In this document: piece after piece, positions 32,951 to 42,288 of the stretch
Layout: the number at the start of each line of letters is the position of its first letter
How positions within the stretch are numbered: the first letter of the stretch is position 1
Assembly (NCBI GenBank): GCA_963812015.1
Contig: CAWETI010000003.1
Coordinates: forward strand, 416,001 to 480,000
From: an uncultured delta proteobacterium
GTDB taxonomy: Bacteria > Desulfobacterota > Desulfobaccia > Desulfobaccales > 0-14-0-80-60-11
DNA: 64,000 nucleotides
Direction: 5' to 3'
The notes under the pieces: model-generated
What the model saw: only the letters and a program-made list of their open reading frames with translations
Told to the model about the DNA's origin: nothing
The model's database searches: none
Made by a program: the position numbers and the translations under genes

Positions 32951-33211
32951 ATGGAATCGATGCACCCACGGAAGAACAACAAGTATCCGTACGTGATTAT
33001 TCTCCTGGTTGGATTGTTTCTCGGTGCGGCCATCCCCCTGGCGTATGGCAATCAACCACACATGGATAATGCTCTGCATCATCTCCAGGCCGCCAGGGTC
33101 GCGTTGGAAAAAGCGACCCCGAATAAAGGGGGCCATAGAGAACGAGCCATTCAGTTGATCGACCAGGCCATCAACCAGGTGCGGGAAGGAATCCGATTTG
33201 CCGGACACTAG
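32951..33211 (+). CDS. Small exported helical protein
   Basis: Signal peptide then QPHMDNAL..LQ.A...LE.A..NKGGHR.RAI.L. Confidence 0.7.
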   Translation: MESMHPRKNNKYPYVIILLVGLFLGAAIPLAYGNQPHMDNALHHLQAARVALEKATPNKGGHRERAIQLIDQAINQVREGIRFAGH

Positions 33212-33262
33212 TCCATCTCTCTTTACAGAGGACCCGGACTAACACTTCGACGGCTATAACGG

Positions 33263-33297
33263 CAAGGGGCATTCTGTTTGAACCAGAATGCCCCTTG
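33263..33297. terminator. Stem-loop, probable terminator
   Basis: caaggggcattctg / cagaatgccccttg 14-bp perfect stem after ORF 32951-33211. Confidence 0.55.
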
Positions 33298-33505
33298 AAG
33301 TTGTCCGCCACCTTCAAGAAAATCAGCCTATCCAACTAAATATAATACAAAAGTTACTGTAAGAGCCTTCACTACCCTTCGCTAAATTATAGATGTGCAA
33401 GAATAGCGGCTATCTTGCTAAAACTAAAAAATATCCCCAAGGCACAGAAAATTTTGTATATGATTCGAATATCGAATGTGGGGTAAGCAAAGGAGGCTCT
33501 CCACC

Positions 33506-33736
33506 ATGCCTAAGTTGAGAATAATTCTTTTTATTTATGCAATTGTGGCCTTTGTGGGTTGTGGATTAGCAGATATCCCAGCCCAAAACCGAGCCATTGA
33601 GGAAGAGAATATGCGGGTTTATGACATATATCAATCTTATATGAGGAGCATGAACGAACAACGCGAGGAAACCGGCCTAACTCCCGAGAGGATCAAATCT
33701 TTTGAGGAATGGAAGGGATCTCCGGGCACCCAATAA
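33506..33736 (+). CDS. Small lipoprotein
   Basis: RBS aggagg; lipobox FVGC after hydrophobic stretch. Confidence 0.65.
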   Translation: MPKLRIILFIYAIVAFVGCGLADIPAQNRAIEEENMRVYDIYQSYMRSMNEQREETGLTPERIKSFEEWKGSPGTQ

Positions 33737-33918
33737 TGATGACTTTCCAAGGATATAACTTCATTCAGATTATTAAAATATAGATATGGCCTGAATATGG
33801 AAGGTTTTTGGCTTCCTGATAAGTGTCGGATCATAGATGCTATGAAAGGTTCCTTAAGTAAGCCTCTTGGTATAAAAGTGGAGTTCCTCAAGAAAAAAAC
33901 AGGAAAAGGAGGCTTACC

Positions 33919-35070
33919 ATGGACCACAAGCAGGGAAACCAGGGTCGAGAACAGAGCGCCCAGGTGCCGGTTTTGTACGTCGCCTTCGAACTGGCTAACA
34001 GCACCTGGAAGATGGCGTGCACCGATGGCAGCAAGTTGCGGCATCTCACCGTGACTGCTGGGGACCTGGCCCAAGTCCAAAGAGCGATTATCGGAGCCAA
34101 GCGGCATTTCGGTATGGGGGACAAGGTGCACACGGTGAGCTGTTATGAGGCCGGACGTGACGGTTTTTGGCTGCACCGGTATTTGCACAGCTGCGGGATA
34201 GACAATGTGGTGGTGGACTCTGCCAGCCTGGAAGTGAACCGGCGGTTGCGGAGGGCGAAAACCGACCGGGTCGATGCGGGGAAACTATTGAGCATGCTGC
34301 TCCGCTATCACGGCGGGGAGAAGCACCTGTGGCGGGTGGTGCGGGTGCCGAGCCGGGAGGATGAGGACGCCAGGCATTTACACCGGGAATTGGAGGCCTT
34401 GAAGAGCGAGCGGACCCGGCACCGCAACCGGATCCATGGGATTTTGATTCAACAAGGGCTGCGTGTCAGCAACCCGAGCACGAAAAAGTTTGTCAAGGAG
34501 TTGGAACTCATGCGCACCTGGGAAGGCCGGGAATTGCCAGCCGAGATGAAGGTGCGGCTGGTACGGGTGCATGAACGGCTACGCATGGTGGAGGAGCAGA
34601 TCAGCGGCCTGGCAAAAGAGAAAACGCAGCTTCTTAAAGTAGAGAACGCCAGGATGGCGCAAGTGGCCCAGCTCCTGAGGCTGCCCGGGATCGGCCCGGT
34701 AAGTTCCTGGACCTTCGTCATGGAGTTTTTCGGCTGGCGCCGTTTTCGGAACCGCCGGGAAGTGGCCGCCCTGGCGGGCCTGACCTCTACCCCTTACGAC
34801 AGCGGCAAGAGGTTGCGAGAACAAGGGATCAGTAAAGCGGGTAACCGGAGGGTGCGCACCCTGGCCATTGAGATCGCCTGGGCCTGGCTGCGGTTTCAAC
34901 CCCGAAGCAAGTTAAGCCGGTGGTTCCTGGAAAGGTTTGCCGCTGGCGGGAGCCGCATGCGACGCATCGGCATCGTGGCCCTGGCCCGGCGGCTGCTCAT
35001 CGATCTGTGGCGTTTTCTGGAGTACGGGGTGGTCCCGGAAGGAGCCCAGGTAAGGCCACTGGCAATTTAA
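33919..35070 (+). CDS. IS110-family recombinase/transposase
   Basis: RuvC-like YVAFEL, YEAG, AKTDRVDA; C-terminal PGIG, GLT..PYDSG, ISKAGN, VALARRL. Confidence 0.92.
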   Translation: MDHKQGNQGREQSAQVPVLYVAFELANSTWKMACTDGSKLRHLTVTAGDLAQVQRAIIGAKRHFGMGDKVHTVSCYEAGRDGFWLHRYLHSCGIDNVVVDSASLEVNRRLRRAKTDRVDAGKLLSMLLRYHGGEKHLWRVVRVPSREDEDARHLHRELEALKSERTRHRNRIHGILIQQGLRVSNPSTKKFVKELELMRTWEGRELPAEMKVRLVRVHERLRMVEEQISGLAKEKTQLLKVENARMAQVAQLLRLPGIGPVSSWTFVMEFFGWRRFRNRREVAALAGLTSTPYDSGKRLREQGISKAGNRRVRTLAIEIAWAWLRFQPRSKLSRWFLERFAAGGSRMRRIGIVALARRLLIDLWRFLEYGVVPEGAQVRPLAI

Positions 35071-35095
35071 CCCAGAATACGGAGTTGATGTAGAA

Positions 35096-35294
35096 GTTTT
35101 GGTTGGTGAAGTCGCCCGTGTAACTGCTGGGTGCTCTTGAGTCACCGTTTTCATAGAGTGGGCGCTTCAGCAATCGGTTCCCCGCAGCGCAACCCCGCGC
35201 ATGCAGCATGCGGTGCCTGACTAAGAGTCAGCACGGATAGAAGCTTGATGGGGGCTTTGGCCCCATCGATTTACCGGAACCAACCAACCAAAAC
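35096..35294 (+). ncRNA. Predicted bridge RNA / seekRNA of the IS1111-group element
   Basis: Closing stem gttttggttggt/accaaccaaaac; two hairpin-capped internal loops whose strands match target flanks and donor junction. Confidence 0.75.
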
Positions 35295-35623
35295 GGCTCA
35301 CAGGTCTCTAACAAAAATTGCCTAGGAGGATAGCTCTCTTCGCCTCGGTCTGAGGTTTTTAGCATGCCCCGTCGAGGTGTCAAGGTTTCCCTGCGGCGCC
35401 CTGCGACCTTGACACCTCTTCCTGGGCATGCGGCTGGGGAAGCAGGCCGACGGCGAAGGGATGGCCTTTTGACCTCGGGCTCAGGGATGGAGGTTTAACT
35501 GCCCGGAAGACAAAAAAGGCTTGACAAGAGGAACCCACATAGAAGCAGTTATCGAGAGTTCTAAAGGCGGGTTCTGCCCTTGAGAAAACCTTTTCCTGCT
35601 CATCTCCCTGCCTCCCGTCGATC

Positions 35624-36070
35624 TGGTCTGTTCCCGAAAACTGGACCATTCATAATAAGAAAATTTTGCTAAGATAAACCGATCTGGCAAGTAGGATTTT
35701 CTTGATGAAACGGTCCCGGTTTACCGATCAACAGATTGCCTTTGCCCTGCAGCAGGCTGAGCAGGGGACCCAGGGGCTGAGGTCACCCGCAAGATGGGGA
35801 TTAGCGAGCCAGACCTTTTACCGGTGGAAGAAGAAGTTTGGGGGCCTAATGCCTTCGGAGGTCCGCAAGCTCCGGCAGCTGGAGGAGGAGAACGCCCGGC
35901 TGGGCCGGCTGGTGGCGGATCTGTCCCTGGATAAAGAAATGCTCCAGGAGGTGATCCGAAAAAAGCTCTGAAGCGTGCCCAGGTGCGGGCCACGGTGGAG
36001 CTTTTGCGCACCTATTAACAGGTGAGCATCCGGCGGGCGACCCAGACTCTATCCGGCTCCCGCTCCACCC
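35624..36070 (+). pseudogene. Truncated copy of the nested-type IS3 (left end, degraded orfA, start of orfB)
   Basis: Close match to 29936-30385 with indels and a stop; no right end. Confidence 0.85.
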
Positions 36071-36285
36071 TTCCTGTATATGAATAAATAGTTGCTAAGG
36101 CCTACCCCCTTGATTTCCATATGGTCAAAATGATCATACGCGAATGGTCATTAGGTTTATAGACTTTCCTCCCTTCTTGTCTCATTCTAATAATCTGGCG
36201 CGAAAGCCTCGATTTTGTTTTTTGGGGTTCTCCGTGTCTTTTAAGCCTAAAACGGAGTTAGTCCAAGAAGGCGAAGGAAAACTAA

Positions 36286-37062
36286 ATGGCCCGAAAGATT
36301 ATAACAGTTGCCTTAGTGTTTATCCTCGCAGCTTCCCTATCCGGCTGTGCCACCGAAGGCTATTATTCATCGGGACGATCCGCTGCTGGTGGAGCCATGG
36401 AGCAAAAAGATCCTATTTATGAGGAATTGGCTGAACATGGAAGGATGACGACAGGACAGATAACTATTGTTTATGGCGTGCCATGTGTAGAAGTTATGCT
36501 GAAGAGTGGTGAAAGCATAATGACATTTGTCTATTCCATACCTTCTTTAAAGAAAAAATCTCTTATTGTTCAGGACAGGATTGCTCTCCTTAATAAAACG
36601 CACTATCTATTGATCGTGAATGGTTCCGGTAACATCAGCACCTATAAGGACAAAATATTCGTGCCGCTCGACTATTCGATCGAGCCGAAAATTCTGCCGG
36701 AATTTTTGCCTGGTGCGGCCAATCATGAAAAGTACATTCTGATAGATCGCCGCCAGCAATATCTCGGCCTTTATGAACGGGGAAATTTGAAATACTGTTA
36801 TCCAATTTCTTCCGGAATCAAGAATTCGACGCCTTTAAAAAAATTCGTGGTTAATTATATGGATGAAGTTCATCACTCCAGTAAATATGAACAGGCGCCC
36901 ATGGATCATGCACTGAATATTGGCAAGGATTATTTCATTCATGAAGGAATAGTTCCTGGATATCCCGCATCCCACGGCTGTATCCGGGTGTTTCCCCTTC
37001 ATGCCCGTTTTCTTTTTTATCAGTGGGCCAAGCCGGGAATTCCCGGGAAAATTATAGGTTGA
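36286..37062 (+). CDS. L,D-transpeptidase (YkuD) family lipoprotein
   Basis: Lipobox LSGC; PISSG, STP, FIHEG...ASHGCIR. Confidence 0.85.
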   Translation: MARKIITVALVFILAASLSGCATEGYYSSGRSAAGGAMEQKDPIYEELAEHGRMTTGQITIVYGVPCVEVMLKSGESIMTFVYSIPSLKKKSLIVQDRIALLNKTHYLLIVNGSGNISTYKDKIFVPLDYSIEPKILPEFLPGAANHEKYILIDRRQQYLGLYERGNLKYCYPISSGIKNSTPLKKFVVNYMDEVHHSSKYEQAPMDHALNIGKDYFIHEGIVPGYPASHGCIRVFPLHARFLFYQWAKPGIPGKIIG

Positions 37063-37280
37063 GTCCGTTGCAAAACGGAATCTTCCTGGCGTTGAGGATT
37101 TTCGAGCAGGTCGTTTTATCTTGAGGAGATTGGCGCGTTAGGACGGAAATGTGCCCCATTTCAAGCTTCATATCTACTTCTATATCAAACTCATCCCAGA
37201 GCACAATTTCGATCTTTTTCAAGTTAATTCTCCCATTTGTAATTCGGCCTCGACGATGAGCACTATCTAAGAATAATAAG

Positions 37281-37598
37281 TTATGAATGGCATGAGGCTT
37301 TATATTCGGTGAGCCCTAAGCCCTTGGCGTTCAATGTGATTAACTTCGGAGAATTGAGAACCGTGCGCATCAATTTTTTAGCGCAGTCCCCGGCCCGCAA
37401 GGCATCCTGCAGATTTTTCTTTGCCTGGTCCAGATTGTCCCCTTCTTGCAATACTGTAAGAGCTAACTGCACCTGCCATAGCATCGCCATAAAGTTGTTG
37501 CCAAAGGAATCCAAGGTCCAATTCAGCTGTTGAAACGAGGACTCCGTCTCTTTTTTTCCATTCCTTCGATCTCGGATGTTATAAGTGTCATTCTGCAT
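37281..37598 (-). CDS. Stand-alone HisKA/DHp-like protein lacking phospho-His
   Basis: TLDSFGNNFMAMLWQVQLAL...A..A...AKKLMRTVL resembles IAHDFNNIL.AILG..ELAL; RBS ggagg. Confidence 0.55.
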   Translation of the reverse strand: MQNDTYNIRDRRNGKKETESSFQQLNWTLDSFGNNFMAMLWQVQLALTVLQEGDNLDQAKKNLQDALRAGDCAKKLMRTVLNSPKLITLNAKGLGLTEYKASCHS

Positions 37599-37766
37599 GG
37601 CTTAATCCTCCAAATGGCGTAGCAAAGAACCTCATTCAAGATTTGTTGAACAAACTGTAATCTTTTCTTATAAAAATGATATTAGGAATCCCCTGATATG
37701 TGTTGCACGAAATGACCATATTGCTATGGTCAAAATGTTCATGGAAATTTTGATGGCCTGAAGAAT

Positions 37767-37831
37767 TGTCCTGCCCCCAAAAACTGATCAACAAGTTATG
37801 GTAGATTAGCGGATCGAAGGGAGGCAGGTCA
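37767..37831. mobile_element. 65-bp IS3 deletion scar
   Basis: IS3 left end tgtcctgcccccaaaaactgatc fused to ...ggcaggtca. Confidence 0.65.
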
Positions 37832-37991
37832 AAAGGGCATTTCAGAATAGCGACTATCTTGCCATTATCAGCACAACCCAAAAGGTTGCGATATGATCTG
37901 CATAACGACAGAGGTTTCGCAGGGCTGGGGAACTCTATGGATCAGGGATGGAAAAATCTGAAGGCAGCGGACCAGTTATTTTTGTGCGTTT

Positions 37992-39527
37992 TCAACGTTG
38001 ATCCTTTTTCATCTCCTGCGGAACCCCGCCGTAATTTTTGGTGGTGGTTACCAGACCTTTCGAGCCGGTGATATGGTATCGGACCTCCGGTCCCCGGTTG
38101 CTGGCCCGTTCGGTGAGCCGGGCGGCCAGCTCCTTGTAATAGTAGAAAAGGCCCAGGCCGTCCCCCTGGCCCTGGCCCCCCGCCAGAACCAAAGCGCCGC
38201 AGGCGGAATTCGCCACGTCGTCATGCCCGGCCGGGCCGTGGGTTATCATGTCCTTGCCCATGGGCCGCACCCGCCGCTCCAGGCCAAGCAATTCCGAGAG
38301 CAAAGCCTGGTCGTCCAGCAGCTCCACCTGGCCCCTGGTGAACAGGGGCAGGGCCTCCAGGAAGATCTGCGACCTGTCCCTTACCGAGCTCCGATAGTCA
38401 ATGCCGTGCTCCCGGAATGCCGAGACGACCCACTCGGCCGCGTACTTGTCCCCCGTCACTTGAGAGCATTTGAACTCCTTGAGCACCTGGGCATATTCGG
38501 CCACCACCTCACCCGGATTGAAGGGGGGGACCCGCCGCCGGATCACGTCCAAAACAATTTGGCCATCGGCTTCACGGTGCGCCAGGCCCAGGGTGAAGCT
38601 ATCCTGGCGGCCCCCGGAGGGGGCTGCGAAGCCGAAGTACCGCAAACCTTCCTTTGGCGGCAGCTCTCGCCGACCATGAACGACCAGGGGCTCCAGGGTC
38701 TCGATGTCCAGGAACCCCGAAATGTCGTCCCGGAACAGGGCCAGGTACTCGGTCTTGGCGCTTGCGTGGTCCTCAGCCAGTGCCTGCTGCACCACTTCCG
38801 CGGACAGGGTCGGGTTCATGGTCCGGGTGGCCGCCTGCCAGACCAGGACCCGCCCGTCCTTGCCGTAGTAGCGGGAGAATGCCTCCCACATGACACCCTG
38901 TTTGGCGTAGGGTGAGCTTATGGCGATCAATGGCCCACCAGTGGTGGCAAGGCCGGGGCGCAGACTCCGCAAGATCTCCTTGCCGGGGTCCCTGCCCTCC
39001 ACTCTCCAGAAACTTGCTTCTTCCAGAATCACTGCCAACAGGGTGTATCCACGAACGGCCGCCGTGGAGCATGTCAGAATCTTGATGCTCACCCGGTTCT
39101 TCAGCCTTATCTCCTGGGCCAGGTCCGCCTCCACCATGCCCGCCAGGATGGGGGAAAGGCGGAATATCTCCCGGCAATATGAAATGATTATGCCGGCCTG
39201 CTCCCGGTCGTTGGCGATCACGGCCACCAGGCCGATCTCGCCGGGGGCCAAGACGGCCGTATCGGCAAAGGCCGCACTGAAGCAGGCCGTAGCCGCCGTG
39301 ATCCGGGACTTGCCGCCCCGCCTCCCCACTATGAAGTAGACCTCCCCGGCAGGGCCTTGTGGGGCCGCTTGCCGCCCCGTGCATCTCTGATAGAGGGGGA
39401 GGTCAATGTCTGCCAGGGGGAGGCCGTAGGCGGCCTTTAGAGCCGTCCTCCAGGGCTGCCAGGGTGCGAGGTCTGGGAACCCCGCCCCTATCAAATTTCT
39501 GTCTCCAATGGCTTGAATTATATTCAT
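37992..39527 (-). CDS. Terminase large subunit-like protein
   Basis: Walker A GRRGGKS, LEEASFW, ISSP, C-terminal GDKY, HDD nuclease residues. Confidence 0.8.
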   Translation of the reverse strand: MNIIQAIGDRNLIGAGFPDLAPWQPWRTALKAAYGLPLADIDLPLYQRCTGRQAAPQGPAGEVYFIVGRRGGKSRITAATACFSAAFADTAVLAPGEIGLVAVIANDREQAGIIISYCREIFRLSPILAGMVEADLAQEIRLKNRVSIKILTCSTAAVRGYTLLAVILEEASFWRVEGRDPGKEILRSLRPGLATTGGPLIAISSPYAKQGVMWEAFSRYYGKDGRVLVWQAATRTMNPTLSAEVVQQALAEDHASAKTEYLALFRDDISGFLDIETLEPLVVHGRRELPPKEGLRYFGFAAPSGGRQDSFTLGLAHREADGQIVLDVIRRRVPPFNPGEVVAEYAQVLKEFKCSQVTGDKYAAEWVVSAFREHGIDYRSSVRDRSQIFLEALPLFTRGQVELLDDQALLSELLGLERRVRPMGKDMITHGPAGHDDVANSACGALVLAGGQGQGDGLGLFYYYKELAARLTERASNRGPEVRYHITGSKGLVTTTKNYGGVPQEMKKDQR

Positions 39528-39594
39528 TGTCTCCCCAGCAATGCCTTTTTATGGGGTCGGGGCGTATCGCTTGAAATCGGACCCGAAACGGGGT

Positions 39595-40218
39595 TTAAAG
39601 ACAGGGTCCGCCGGCCGATTTCATGGCCTCCATACCCCGTTTCCTGCCCTCTGCGAAAGAGGCCATTTGCTCCGGGCTCAAGGGGCGCCCCCTCCTGGCT
39701 ATCCTGGCCCCGGCCAGTTCGCAGACCTGCTCCAAGACCGCAGCCGGGAAACGGATTTCCTTTCCCAGGCGCTCATCCGTCTCGAGGGCCTGCTTGGCTT
39801 CCCTCACCCCGGCCTGAACCTTCGCGGCCGTCTGGGTCGTGGTCAACAAGGCGAAGGATTTCTCTGCCTCGTCGTAAAGATGGATCACCCCGCCGTTCTC
39901 GCAGATGATCCATTCGTACCAATGGAGCTGACCTTTTTTGAATTGAGGTTGCTCGCAAACGAAGGCAGGGTCGAGTCCCATGTGGTATCGGTAGCGGGTT
40001 AGTTTGGCGATCGTGAACGGCCCGGCCCAGTCCTTCTCCAGGATTCTTTTCCATTGGTAATGCGCCGGTGCCTTCCCTTCCGAGACTATCATCAGCACGA
40101 CGCCGCCCACATTGGCCTTGCCCGGCAAGCTGTCCATGATGTCTCCTGCATTTTTCCCCACCAATAAAAAAAAGCCCCGCAACGGCATTGCTGCCAGAAA
40201 GCGGGGCCTCTTGGCCAC
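39595..40218 (-). CDS. Hypothetical protein (start possibly 40137)
   Basis: Long ORF with coding-like composition, co-oriented with terminase. Confidence 0.6.
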   Translation of the reverse strand: MAKRPRFLAAMPLRGFFLLVGKNAGDIMDSLPGKANVGGVVLMIVSEGKAPAHYQWKRILEKDWAGPFTIAKLTRYRYHMGLDPAFVCEQPQFKKGQLHWYEWIICENGGVIHLYDEAEKSFALLTTTQTAAKVQAGVREAKQALETDERLGKEIRFPAAVLEQVCELAGARIARRGRPLSPEQMASFAEGRKRGMEAMKSAGGPCL

Positions 40219-40369
40219 ACCTTGCAGATTTATTTTGGGTTACTTGATTCCTAGACTCTTTAGTGTCCACCTCACGATATTGATGATTGCGCCGTAAAGG
40301 TCGGGGGCTATGTCCCTGATCTTGAAAAGGGCAGCGGCAAGTTCATTTTCGGTCATTTTCGGCCTGCCT

Positions 40370-40404
40370 TATTTTTAGGAAAATATATTATTTTCCTAAA
40401 AATA
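40370..40404. promoter_or_regulatory. Perfect AT-rich palindrome upstream of tyrosine recombinase (candidate recombination/operator site)
   Basis: tatttttaggaaaata-tat-tattttcctaaaaata, 16-bp arms. Confidence 0.5.
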
Positions 40405-40474
40405 CTGTCCTTTTCCTTTATCTTTTCCTTAATTTATTATATATTTTCATTAAAATAAATGGGGGGCCAAGACC

Positions 40475-41095
40475 ATGGGACAGTACAAAATCACCCGTGA
40501 CAAGTTCCTTTCCACCGATGAAGTCAAGCGGCTCTTGAAGGTCTGCGAGGAGCAGGCCGACCTCGACTTGCTCAAGGGGCGGCAGACTTGGGTCACCCGG
40601 CATATGCTGGTGGCCCTGGCCCTGCGTAGCGGCCTCAGGGTGGGCGAGATCGCCGCCCTCAAGATCGGGGACATCCACCTGGGAGGACGAGAAACCTATA
40701 TCAGTGTTAGGCGCGGCAAAGGGGACAAGCCCAGGGATGTTTTTTTCAACGGGTCGCTGGTCAAACCCTTGAAGCGGTACATCGACATCAAGGCCAAGAC
40801 CTGGAAGCAGCCTGTCAGCCTGGGTGATTCCCTTTTCTCTCATGGGGAGGGAAAGCCCTTCACCACCATGGCCCTGTACTTCAGCTTCAAGAAGGCCTTG
40901 GAGAAGGCCGGGCTGCCCCTGCATCACACAATCCACCATGCCCGTCATACCTTCGCCACGCATTTGCTGGCTGACACGGGAAACCTCAAATTCGTGCAAA
41001 AACAGCTTGGTCACGAAAACATCGCCCACACCGCTCTCTACGCAGACATCCTCCCGGAGCAGCGGCAGGCCCTGGCCGACAAATTGAGCATTTAG
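40475..41095 (+). CDS. Tyrosine recombinase (catalytic domain only, resolvase-like)
   Basis: SGLRVGE, GKGDKPR, HHARHTFA, LGH....TALY. Confidence 0.9.
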   Translation: MGQYKITRDKFLSTDEVKRLLKVCEEQADLDLLKGRQTWVTRHMLVALALRSGLRVGEIAALKIGDIHLGGRETYISVRRGKGDKPRDVFFNGSLVKPLKRYIDIKAKTWKQPVSLGDSLFSHGEGKPFTTMALYFSFKKALEKAGLPLHHTIHHARHTFATHLLADTGNLKFVQKQLGHENIAHTALYADILPEQRQALADKLSI

Positions 41096-41106
41096 AGATG
41101 ATTGCA

Positions 41107-41595
41107 TCATTCACCTTTACCCTGGCCCACGGCCTCTACCGACACAATTTGGCCGGATTTTAGGGCGTCCAGGTATTCTTGCAGGCTGGGGGCCTTCTCC
41201 GGGAGCTGCCCATCTTTCGCCAAGGCGCTCATTGCCATAATGTCCGCCCTAATGCTGTTGCAGAGCATCAAATAATCTTTCTCCGTCCCGGCCCCCAGCT
41301 CCACCTTACCCCCCAGCAGCGCCGCCTCGTAGGACGCCGCGCGGATCAGCTTGACGGCGCACCGCTGGGCCAATAGCTGGGCCGGGCCGGGCGCCGGCTC
41401 CTTGTGGCCTTCCAATAACAGTTCCGTGGCCCGCCTCAGGACTTGCGCCAGCCGCGTACGGCCGTCTATGTCGTGGCGCTCCAGGGCCATATACAGGCCG
41501 TGCTTCACCTTTCGCAGGGGTTTGGGAAACAAGGAGTAAGGGCTTTTGGGCCTTTTCCTATCATTTCCCGGTTTATCGTTTGAATCATCTTTCAT
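41107..41595 (-). CDS. Hypothetical protein, possible terminase small subunit
   Basis: KHG motif, helical, upstream of and co-oriented with TerL. Confidence 0.45.
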   Translation of the reverse strand: MKDDSNDKPGNDRKRPKSPYSLFPKPLRKVKHGLYMALERHDIDGRTRLAQVLRRATELLLEGHKEPAPGPAQLLAQRCAVKLIRAASYEAALLGGKVELGAGTEKDYLMLCNSIRADIMAMSALAKDGQLPEKAPSLQEYLDALKSGQIVSVEAVGQGKGE

Positions 41596-41628
41596 ATCAG
41601 TCAGTTATCCTATATTGGGCGATGATTG

Positions 41629-41940
41629 CTAACCCCTTATCAGGGGGCCTGGGCATGGGGTGGCCTCAGCCCGCTCCGTATATCCCTTTCTCAACTGGTT
41701 TGGGGGCATCTCAAAGATGCGCTCCAAAACTTCCCACACATGATAATGGGTCCCCATGGCCACGGTCTCCCAGCCTGTGGCCTTCCCCTCCAAGGCATGG
41801 GCCTAGTGAAAACGAAGGCTTTCCTCCAGGGTTGCTATGTGGCCCTGGCGCTGCGCACTCGAATACTCGCCGACCCAGATATGCCTGGCCTCATATTCCC
41901 CCCAGGTTTCGTCTGGCAGCATTGGAGAGTGTTTAGTCAT
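41629..41940 (-). pseudogene. Hypothetical ORF with in-frame TAG at 41803-41805
   Basis: RBS ggaggaaagg; 45 codons, TAG, then 57 more open codons. Confidence 0.45.
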
Positions 41941-42288
41941 TTCCTTTCCTCCAGCCTTATTCACGCCCCGGCCGCCAATATGATTATCTCGGGGGGGTGG
42001 GGGGTGATTGATTGTCTTTTTAAAAACCTCCCCTGGACCCCAAAAAGCTTTTCGAGGCCGTATAGGGGACGAAGTCCCCTCTAGTGCACCGAAGACAGGA
42101 AAACATAAATGGCACTGGACCGAAGGGACAGGGCATTGTTTTCCTGTCGAAGGTGCACTCGTTCATGGGTTATAATGGGGGACCCCATCCTGAGGATCGT
42201 TATATACGCAGTTAGCAATATCCAATGTTTTCATTAGGTTACCCTATCAAAGATTATTTTCGGTAGCCTGCCGGAAATAATCTTTGGT

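Larger units (their letters stand above)
33835..35545 (+). mobile_element. IS110-family element, IS1111 group (AG cores at 33835-33836 and 35544-35545)
   Basis: Sub-terminal IRs 33840-33865 / 35517-35542; short left end, ~475 bp non-coding right end. Confidence 0.85.
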
